Source: Sinorhizobium meliloti (lineage in GTDB: Bacteria > Pseudomonadota > Alphaproteobacteria > Rhizobiales > Rhizobiaceae). Taken from it: 32,000 nucleotides of DNA. How positions within the stretch are numbered: position 1 is the stretch's first letter; each line of letters opens with the position of its first letter. Position numbers and translations under genes: made by a program. This document shows positions 16,679 to 23,605 of the stretch, one piece after another. The notes beneath the pieces were generated by a model, which saw nothing but the letters and a program-made list of their open reading frames with translations, was not told the DNA's origin and did no database searches. The stretch spans positions 1,470,001 to 1,502,000 of the forward strand of contig NZ_JAGIOS010000002.1 of the NCBI RefSeq assembly GCF_017876815.1, in the 5' to 3' direction.

Positions 16679-17004
16679 TTGCAGATTGGCAGTCGGTCGA
16701 GCGAGTTTGGCAACACGGCGAATGCCGTATTCTCTCGATCACGAGTTTGAGGAGTAGCGGTGTTCTCCAGAATAATAAGCCGGAGCGGCGAGACGGTTTT
16801 TTGCCCATCTGCACAGCCTGCACGGGAAATGACTCGAAAGTGGGCTTGGGCGGCGCCGTCTAGAGCGCGTTGCGCAGACGCTCTGCGCGAATTCGGCTGA
16901 GCCCGATTGCTGCAGGTCGAACTCCCAGGCTTCATTCCCGACTCTGCTGCTTGGCGTATGCGTGGGTGGCCGGCGCCGTCATGGGCTTTTTTCGCCGACG
17001 TTGG

Positions 17005-17253
17005 TTAGCTCTTAGTCTTTGACGCGACGACGACGTAGATGGCATCTCCAACCGTAACAACGGCGTCAGCCGACTCATCTGAAATTTCGATATTGAACTC
17101 GTCCTCGATCATCATGACAATTTGCGCCACTTCGAGAGAATCGGCACCGAGGTCGTCGACAATGGACGCGTCGTCCGTAGCGCGGGCAGGGTCGACACCC
17201 AACTGCTCGATGATGATTGCCCTGACACGGTTTGCAACGTTGGAGCTTTCCAT
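17005..17253 (-). CDS. Acyl carrier protein (AcpP-like, orphan)
   Basis: An internal ATG of track ORF 17005..17277 gives an 82-aa product: MESSNVANRVRAIIIEQLGVDPARATDDASIVDDLGADSLEVAQIVMMIEDEFNIEISDE... It contains the phosphopantetheine attachment motif DLGADSL. Confidence 0.85.
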   Translation of the reverse strand: MESSNVANRVRAIIIEQLGVDPARATDDASIVDDLGADSLEVAQIVMMIEDEFNIEISDESADAVVTVGDAIYVVVASKTKS

Positions 17254-17771
17254 CGATGTCCCTTGGAGCGAGAGCACACTTGTCTGCCACTGTCACGGCT
17301 CAGGTGTGGTCTCACGATGGCGCAGAACATAATCGTCGCTTCCTTGTTCCAAGACACACTCCGTCGCGGGGGCACTGTTCCCATCAGTATAATCGGGCCT
17401 CAAGCGGGTGTTTGCACTCCCGCTAGGCCCTGACCGAAACGGGCCGACAGGAGGCTCGAATGGCTGAACGGTACAATGCATGTCCCCGCCTGCTAAAGCT
17501 GATGCCCAAGAACCCAGTATTGCAACATGCCGCGTACCCTGCAAGGTTCCGGACAACATCATTCCCGAACTGGTGCCCGCAAAAGGAGCGAGGCGGGGAC
17601 GGGACTTTGCAGACTTCAAAGTCGGAAACAGGAGCGCAATGCCTTCTTGTCGGTTTCCTGAAGAGAGGCGCTCTTAACATGCCTCTACAAAAGGTGAATA
17701 TGCGATGCCGGGCTTACCTCGAAGATGGTAGCTATGCCGCTCATTCGGTAGTTGCCAAATGGCGCGCCACA

Positions 17772-17993
17772 TCACTTAATTTGAAGGTTAAGGTGATTAG
17801 ATCGTACGGTCGCATATTGTTTTGAGGAGGTTAAACGACATCCACGGTCGCCGGAGGAGTTCGGCGCGACTCTTGCCAATTCCAGCAACCCGCCGATCAG
17901 GAATGCGCAGTCGGCCCGCGTCAGTCCGGCCCTGACGACGATGCCGCCGAGCCGGAATTTCAAGCGCGCCTCCTTGTTGCGATCAGCCGTCAT
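17772..17993 (-). CDS. traD: Conjugal transfer protein TraD (Ti/rhizobial Dtr accessory protein)
   Basis: An internal ATG at 17993 of track ORF 17772..18227 gives a 73-aa product. MTADRNKEARLKFRLGGIVVRAGL...LIGGLLELA matches my recollection of the TraD pattern (..R.K..R.KIELGGLIVKAGL). The C-terminal tail is divergent. Confidence 0.65.
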   Translation of the reverse strand: MTADRNKEARLKFRLGGIVVRAGLTRADCAFLIGGLLELARVAPNSSGDRGCRLTSSKQYATVRSNHLNLQIK

Positions 17994-18227
17994 GAGAAAC
18001 CTCCGCCGCCGTTCCAGTCCCGCTAGCTGCTGGTCGACGCGGCGAAGCAATTGCGTGATCCACCCCCTTCTTCTCGCCTTTGCGAAATCGCGCGGCCATT
18101 TCTTCGAACCTGATTTTGTCGCGGCGCGCGCAAACCGTTCGGCGGATTTTACTATCAGCGATCGTCGGCGCGCACGCAGCTTTTCGATCTGGGCGTCGAT
18201 GTCGGAGATCGAGGATTTTGCGGCCAT
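17983..18227 (-). pseudogene. traC: Conjugal transfer protein TraC, interrupted by a single-base frameshift (about 18118-18131)
   Basis: The frame from ATG 18227 reads MAAKSSISDIDAQIEKLRARRRSLIVKSAERFARAA.. (TraC-like N-terminus). A second frame carries DKIRFEEMAARFRKGEKKG...EVSHDG* (TraC-like C-terminus), and its TGA overlaps the traD ATG region. As sequenced, the first frame runs in-frame into traD, giving the 151-aa track ORF. Confidence 0.6.
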
Positions 18228-18352
18228 TCAAAAGTGCCCTTTCCTGTTCGAGCAATCTGCACGGCGTCGATTATACTATCTGGAAAATGATAGTAAACCG
18301 GGTTAGCGTGCATCATCCCGAAAACGTCGCAGCCGGAAAGCAGGCCGATCGG

Positions 18353-18386
18353 TTTGAGGGCGCAATATACGTCGCTGGCGCGACGT
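18353..18386 (-). other. oriT: Origin of transfer (oriT): nic-region core plus adjacent inverted repeat, MOBQ/Ti-rhizobial type
   Basis: Minus strand reads ACGTCGC-GCCA-GCGACGT-ATATTGCGCCCTCAAA. The 7-bp inverted-repeat arms are at 18369-18375 and 18380-18386. The IR is followed by the TGCGCCCT core shared, from memory, by RSF1010 and Ti/rhizobial oriTs. It sits in the traC-traA divergent intergenic region, the canonical location. Confidence 0.7.
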
Positions 18387-18410
18387 GCCTGGACAAGTCT
18401 GGAGACATCA

Positions 18411-21400
18411 GTGGCGATCATGTTCGTCAGAGCGCAGGTGATCGGCAGGGGAGCGGGACGCAGCATCGTCTCGGCCGCCGCCTATCGCCATCGCACCCGG
18501 ATGATCGACGAGCAGGCCGGAACCTCGTTCAGCTATCGCGGCGGCGCCTCGGAGCTGGTGCATGAGGAGCTGGCGCTGCCGGACGATATCCCCGCCTGGC
18601 TGAAGGCGGCGATCGACGGGCAATCGGTCGCCAAGGCGAGCGAGGCGCTCTGGAATGCGGTTGAGGCTCACGAGACGCGGGCGGACGCGCAGCTGGCGCG
18701 CGAGCTGATCATCGCTTTGCCGGAAGAGCTGACGCGGGCGGAGAACATTGCGCTGGTGCGTGAGTTCGTCCGGGACAATTTGACGTCCAAAGGCATGGTC
18801 GCCGACTGGGTCTATCACGACAAGGACGGCAATCCGCACATCCATCTGATGACCGCGCTGCGTCCGCTGACGGAGCAGGGGTTCGGGCCGAAGAAGGTTC
18901 CGGTCCTGGGCGAAGACGGCGAGCCGCTGCGTGTCGTCACGCCGGACAGGCCGAACGGCAAGATCGTCTACAAGCTCTGGGCCGGCGACAAGGAAACGAT
19001 CAAGGCCTGGAAGATCGCCTGGGCGGAAACCGCCAATCGGCATCTGGCGCTTGCCGGCCATGAGATCCGCCTCGACGGCCGCTCCTATGCCGAGCAGGGC
19101 CTCGACGGCATCGCACAGAAACATCTTGGGCCGGAAAAGGCGGCGCTCGCGCGCAAGGGCGTCGCGATGTATTTTGCGCCGGCCGATCTCGCCCGCCGGC
19201 AGGAAATGGCCGACCGGCTGCTGGCCGAGCCGGAGCTTCTGTTGAAGCAGCTCGGCAACGAACGCTCCACCTTCGACGAGAGGGATATCGCCAGGGCGCT
19301 GCACCGCTATGTCGACGATCCCGTCGACTTCGCCAATATCCGGGCGCGGCTGATGGCGTCCGACGATCTGGTGCTGCTGAAGCCGCAGCAGATCGATGCC
19401 GAGACCGGCAAGGCGAAGCAGCCGGCGGTGTTCACCACGCGGGAGATGCTGCGCCTCGAATATGCCATGGCGCAGTCGGCTGAGGTGCTGTCAAGGCGCA
19501 AGGGCTTTGGCGTCTCCAACGCGCGAGCCGCAGCAGCCGTCCGAAGCATCGAAACGGCTGATACCGAAAAGCCCTTCCGGCTCGATCCCGAGCAGGTCGA
19601 TGCGGTCCGTCATGTTACGCGTGACAACGCCATCGCAGCCGTCGTCGGTCTTGCCGGCGCCGGCAAGTCGACGCTGCTGGCGGCGGCCCGCGTCGCCTGG
19701 GAAGGTGAAGGCCGGCGGGTGATCGGCGCAGCCTTGGCCGGCAAGGCGGCCGAGGGGCTGGAGGACAGTTCCGGCATCCGGTCGCGTACGCTGGCTTCCT
19801 GGGAACTGGCCTGGGAAAGCGGACGCGATCTGCTCCAGCGTGGCGATGTGCTGGTGATCGACGAGGCCGGCATGGTGTCGTCGCAGCAGATGGCGCGTGT
19901 CCTGAAGGCGGTGGAAGATGCCGGCGCGAAAGCCGTGCTGGTCGGCGACGCGATGCAGCTGCAGCCGATCGAGGCGGGTGCGGCGTTCCGGGCGATCACC
20001 GAACGGATCGGCTTTGCCGAACTTGCCGGCGTGCGCCGCCAGCGTGATGCGTGGGCGCGCGATGCCTCGCGTCTCTTTGCCCGCGGCAAGGTCGAAGAGG
20101 GTCTCGATGCCTATGCGCAGCAGGGCCGCATTGTCGAGACCGAAACCCGCGCCGAGATCGTCGACCGCATCGTTGCCGATTGGGCCAATGCCCGCCGTGA
20201 CCTGCTTCAGAAATCCGCCGACGGCGAACATCCGGGCCGCCTTCGCGGCGACGAGCTGCTGGTTCTCGCCCACACCAACGATGATGTCCGGAAGCTGAAC
20301 GAGGCCTTGCGCAACGTCATGATCGGCGAGGGCGCGCTTGCAGGGGCGCAGGAATTCCAGACGGCGCGTGGGCTTCGCGAGTTCGCCGCTGGCGACCGGA
20401 TCATCTTCCTGGAAAACGCCCGCTTCGTTGAGCCGCGGGCACGGCGGCTTGGACCGCAATACGTGAAGAACGGCATGCTCGGCACGGTCGTTTCCACCGG
20501 CGACAGACGCGGCGATACGCTGCTGTCGGTGCGCCTCGACAGTGGCCGCGACGTCGTCATCAGCGAGGACAGCTATCGCAATGTCGATCACGGCTATGCC
20601 GCGACCATCCATAAGTCGCAAGGGTCGACCGTCGACCGCACCTTCGTGCTTGCCACCGGCATGATGGACCAGCATCTGACCTATGTGGCGATGACCCGCC
20701 ATCGCGACCGCGCCGATCTTTACGCGGCGAAAGAGGACTTCGAGGCGAAGCCCGAATGGGGTCGTAGGCCGCGTGTCGACCATGCCGCCGGCGTCACCGG
20801 CGAACTGGTGAAAGAAGGGATGGCAAAGTTCCGGCCCAATGACGAGGATGCGGACGAGAGCCCCTATGCCGACATCAGGACGGACGACGGCACCGTCCAT
20901 CGGCTCTGGGGCGTCAGCCTGCCGAAGGCGCTTAAGGATGCTGGCGTCGCGGAAGGCGACACGATCACGTTGCGCAAAGACGGCGTGGAGCGGGTCAAGG
21001 TCCAGGTTCCGATTGTCGATGCGCAAACCGGTGAGAAGCGCTTCGAGGAACGGCAGGTCGATCGCAATGTCTGGAGCGCAAGCCAGCTGGAAACCGCCGC
21101 GGCCCGCCAAGAGCGGATCGAGCGCGAGAGCCATCGGCCGCAACTGTTCGCTGCGCTCGTCGAGCGCCTGTCGCGCTCCGGCGCCAAGACAACGACGCTC
21201 GATTTTGAGGATGAGGCCGGTTATCAGGCGCAGGCCCGCGACTTCGCCAGACGGCGCGGGCTTTATCATCTCTCGCTGGTCGCGGCCGGAATGGAAGCGG
21301 AGGTGTTGCGGCGTTGGGCCGGGATTGCCGAGAAGCGGGAGCAGGTGGCCAAGCTCTGGGAGCGGGCGAGCGTTGCGCTCGGCTTTGCGATCGAGCGGGA

Positions 21401-23030
21401 ACGGCGTGTCTCCTACAACGAGGAACGGACCGAAACCCTCTCGACCGGAATTCCGTCGGATGGAAAATATCTGGTCCCGCCGACCACGACATTCTCCCGC
21501 AGCGTCGCGGAGGATGCACGTCTTGCGCAGCTCTCCTCGGAGCGGTGGAAGGAGCGGGAGGCGATCGTGCATCCGGTGCTCGCGAAAATCTATCGCGATC
21601 CTGATGGCGCGCTGTCGGCGCTGAATGCGCTGGCGTCGGACGCCGCCATCGAGCCGCGCAAGCTTGCCGAGGACCTTGGCCTTGCACCCGACCGGCTTGG
21701 CCGCCTGCGCGGGTCCGAGCTCGTGGTCGACGGCCGCGCCGCGCGCGACGAGCGCACCGCGGCGACAGTCGCGCTGTCGGAATTGCTGCCTCTGGCACGC
21801 GCTCATGCGACCGAGTTCCGCAGAAACGCCGAGCGCTTCGGTATCCGCGAGCAGCAGCGGCGCGCGCATATGGCATTGTCGGTTCCCGCCCTCTCGAAAA
21901 CGGCGATGGCGCGCCTGGTCGAGATCGAGGCGGTCCGCAAGCAAGGGGGAGACGACGCCTACAGGACCGCCTTTGCCTTTGCCGTCGAGGACCGCTTGCT
22001 GATCCAGGAGGTCAAGGCCGTCAACGAGGCCTTGACCGCACGCTTCGGCTGGAGTGCCTTCACCGCGAAGGCGGATGTGATTGCCGAGCGCAACATGTCC
22101 GAGCGCATGCCGGAGGATCTTGCCCCCGAGCGTCGCGAAAAGCTGACGCGCCTGTTCGCCGTCATCAGGCGCTTCGCCGAGGAACAGCATCTTGCCGAGA
22201 GACAGGATCGGTCGAAGATCGTCGCCGGCGCCAGTGTCGAGTTGGGGAAGGGGACTTTTGCCGTGCTGCCGATGCTTGCCGCCGTCACCGAGTTCAAGAC
22301 GACGGTTGCGGAGGAAGCGAGGGAGCGAGCGCTCGCCGCTCCTCACTATGCACATCACCGCGCGGCCCTCGTTGAAACGGCAACACGCGTCTGGCGAGAC
22401 CCAGCAGACGCGATCGGCAAGATCGAGGATCTGATCGTCAAGGGGTTCGCCGGTGAGCGGATTGCGGCGGCGGTGACCAACGATCCCGCCGCCTATGGGG
22501 CGCTGCGCGGTTCCGACCGCATCATGGACAAGTTGCTTGCCGTCGGCCGGGAGCGGAAGGGTGCACTTCAAGCTGTGCCGGAAGCGGCAAGCCGTATCCG
22601 TTCCCTCGGCGCGTCCTATGCCAGTGCCCTCGATGCCGAAACTAGAAGTATCACCGAAGAGCGCCGCCGGATGGCGGTTGCCATTCCCGGTTTGTCGCCA
22701 GCGGCCGAGGACGCGCTCAAGCGGCTGGCGGCGCAGATCAAGAACAAGGACGGCAAGCTCGACGTCGCCGCGGGCTCGCTCGATCCGCGCATCGCCCGAG
22801 AGTTCGCCAAGGTCAGCCGCGCGCTCGATGAGCGCTTCGGCCGCAACGCCATCCTGGGCGGCGATACGGACGTCATCAATCGCGTCTCGCCGGCCCAGCG
22901 GCGCGCCTTCGAGGCGATGCGGGACAGGCTGACGATCTTGCAGCAGGCCGTTCGCATTCAGAGCAGTCAGAAGATCGTCTCCGAGCGGCGCCAGCGCGCG
23001 ATTAATCAGTCGAGGGGAATCAGGATGTAG
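18411..23030 (+). CDS. traA: Conjugative relaxase-helicase TraA (MOBQ relaxase + RecD/TraA_Ti-type helicase + long C-terminal region)
   Basis: Track ORF 18354..23030. GTG 18411 has GGAGA 5 nt upstream and gives 1539 aa starting (M)AIMFVRAQVIGRGAGRSIVSAAAYRHR. The catalytic Tyr motif is at 18483-18485. The His triad HDKDGNPHIH is at 18816-18845. Walker A GLAGAGKST is at 19647-19673. Further helicase motifs: VLVIDEAGMV, LVGDAMQLQPIEAG, TIHKSQGSTVD. Confidence 0.95.
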   Translation: MAIMFVRAQVIGRGAGRSIVSAAAYRHRTRMIDEQAGTSFSYRGGASELVHEELALPDDIPAWLKAAIDGQSVAKASEALWNAVEAHETRADAQLARELIIALPEELTRAENIALVREFVRDNLTSKGMVADWVYHDKDGNPHIHLMTALRPLTEQGFGPKKVPVLGEDGEPLRVVTPDRPNGKIVYKLWAGDKETIKAWKIAWAETANRHLALAGHEIRLDGRSYAEQGLDGIAQKHLGPEKAALARKGVAMYFAPADLARRQEMADRLLAEPELLLKQLGNERSTFDERDIARALHRYVDDPVDFANIRARLMASDDLVLLKPQQIDAETGKAKQPAVFTTREMLRLEYAMAQSAEVLSRRKGFGVSNARAAAAVRSIETADTEKPFRLDPEQVDAVRHVTRDNAIAAVVGLAGAGKSTLLAAARVAWEGEGRRVIGAALAGKAAEGLEDSSGIRSRTLASWELAWESGRDLLQRGDVLVIDEAGMVSSQQMARVLKAVEDAGAKAVLVGDAMQLQPIEAGAAFRAITERIGFAELAGVRRQRDAWARDASRLFARGKVEEGLDAYAQQGRIVETETRAEIVDRIVADWANARRDLLQKSADGEHPGRLRGDELLVLAHTNDDVRKLNEALRNVMIGEGALAGAQEFQTARGLREFAAGDRIIFLENARFVEPRARRLGPQYVKNGMLGTVVSTGDRRGDTLLSVRLDSGRDVVISEDSYRNVDHGYAATIHKSQGSTVDRTFVLATGMMDQHLTYVAMTRHRDRADLYAAKEDFEAKPEWGRRPRVDHAAGVTGELVKEGMAKFRPNDEDADESPYADIRTDDGTVHRLWGVSLPKALKDAGVAEGDTITLRKDGVERVKVQVPIVDAQTGEKRFEERQVDRNVWSASQLETAAARQERIERESHRPQLFAALVERLSRSGAKTTTLDFEDEAGYQAQARDFARRRGLYHLSLVAAGMEAEVLRRWAGIAEKREQVAKLWERASVALGFAIERERRVSYNEERTETLSTGIPSDGKYLVPPTTTFSRSVAEDARLAQLSSERWKEREAIVHPVLAKIYRDPDGALSALNALASDAAIEPRKLAEDLGLAPDRLGRLRGSELVVDGRAARDERTAATVALSELLPLARAHATEFRRNAERFGIREQQRRAHMALSVPALSKTAMARLVEIEAVRKQGGDDAYRTAFAFAVEDRLLIQEVKAVNEALTARFGWSAFTAKADVIAERNMSERMPEDLAPERREKLTRLFAVIRRFAEEQHLAERQDRSKIVAGASVELGKGTFAVLPMLAAVTEFKTTVAEEARERALAAPHYAHHRAALVETATRVWRDPADAIGKIEDLIVKGFAGERIAAAVTNDPAAYGALRGSDRIMDKLLAVGRERKGALQAVPEAASRIRSLGASYASALDAETRSITEERRRMAVAIPGLSPAAEDALKRLAAQIKNKDGKLDVAAGSLDPRIAREFAKVSRALDERFGRNAILGGDTDVINRVSPAQRRAFEAMRDRLTILQQAVRIQSSQKIVSERRQRAINQSRGIRM

Positions 23031-23044
23031 ACGAGGAAGGAGAC

Positions 23045-23248
23045 ATGATTGAAGCCTCTTTCCGCTCGCCGCCGCTACGCAGATGGCGGAGGGCGGTGGC
23101 GAATATGATCGCGGACGTCGTCGCTTGTGGCATTGTTTCGCGTGCTTCCTCGGACATCATTGCGATAGGCGCACTCCGGTGTGCAGGAAAGCTTCGCAGG
23201 CCTTCGCCTGGGCTGCTGGCGAGCTCAGCTAGCAAGCAATCAGCTTAA
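23045..23248 (+). CDS. Hypothetical 67-aa ORF immediately after traA
   Basis: ATG 23045 is preceded by GAGGAAGGAGAC. The product MIEASFRSPPLRRWRR... has no recognisable family and is not TraF-like. It may be non-coding. Confidence 0.2.
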   Translation: MIEASFRSPPLRRWRRAVANMIADVVACGIVSRASSDIIAIGALRCAGKLRRPSPGLLASSASKQSA

Positions 23249-23605
23249 GCGCATTATCGCGATGTATGCGCCTTTCAGGAGCGCTGCCCGGTCGCCGACG
23301 AGAAAGGCCGCCTTGTAGGTCCACGCGATTGGTAGCCCTCCTTCTGCATCGCCTTGGCGCGAGTCCATCTGCGCATGCCTCTGGGTAAGCCAGCCGGCTT
23401 CTCCTGCCCGGTCACGCGATACAGCCCGCCGTCCCCAGCCGACGACAGTCACCCGTATTTCCCGCGGCTATGTTGCGGGTGCGCCGCGTTGTTGACTTGT
23501 CAAATCTACCTATATGTGAATTAAGTATTCAAATAAGAAGATGACCGGTCCAAGTGGATGGCGTCCACATCCGGTTGCCGCTGCATGAGGGAAGAGTAGA
23601 TACGC

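Larger units (their letters stand above)
14085..16683 (-). mobile_element. IS21-family insertion sequence, apparently intact (about 2.6 kb)
   Basis: It carries istA and istB in canonical order on the minus strand. The imperfect terminal inverted repeats are TTGCCGATTCCGA...(left) and ...TCGGAATTTGCA (right). Both ends have multiple internal repeats. A GATTGG direct repeat flanks it at 14079-14084 and 16684-16689. Confidence 0.9.

Noticed and set aside
16586-16683. Four tandem roughly 22-bp repeats with 2-3-bp spacers, superficially iteron- or mini-CRISPR-like
   Set aside because: They are inverted copies of the three repeats at 14091-14158 and sit exactly at the IS21 termini. This is the known multi-repeat transposase-binding architecture of IS21-family ends. 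There are no unique spacers and no cas genes.
13835-16757. Idea that the IS21 copy interrupts a gene. Joining flanks after removing the IS gives a 105-aa plus-strand ORF and a minus-strand ORF.
   Set aside because: Both restored translations are Arg/Ser/Cys-rich with no family resemblance. The target is better described as intergenic.
19491-22571. 1026-aa ORF on the minus strand, plus many other 60-300-aa ORFs inside traA
   Set aside because: It lies entirely antisense to traA, whose frame carries unmistakable relaxase and helicase motifs. The translation is Arg/Gly/Ala/Pro-rich low-complexity sequence, typical of shadow ORFs in high-GC genes.
23240-23452. 70-aa minus-strand ORF after traA (..GLPIAWTYKAAFLVGDRAALLKGAYIAIMRLS)
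   Set aside because: I considered it as a remnant of traF or an integrase arm-binding domain. No frame gives a convincing match, and it has a GTG start without an RBS.
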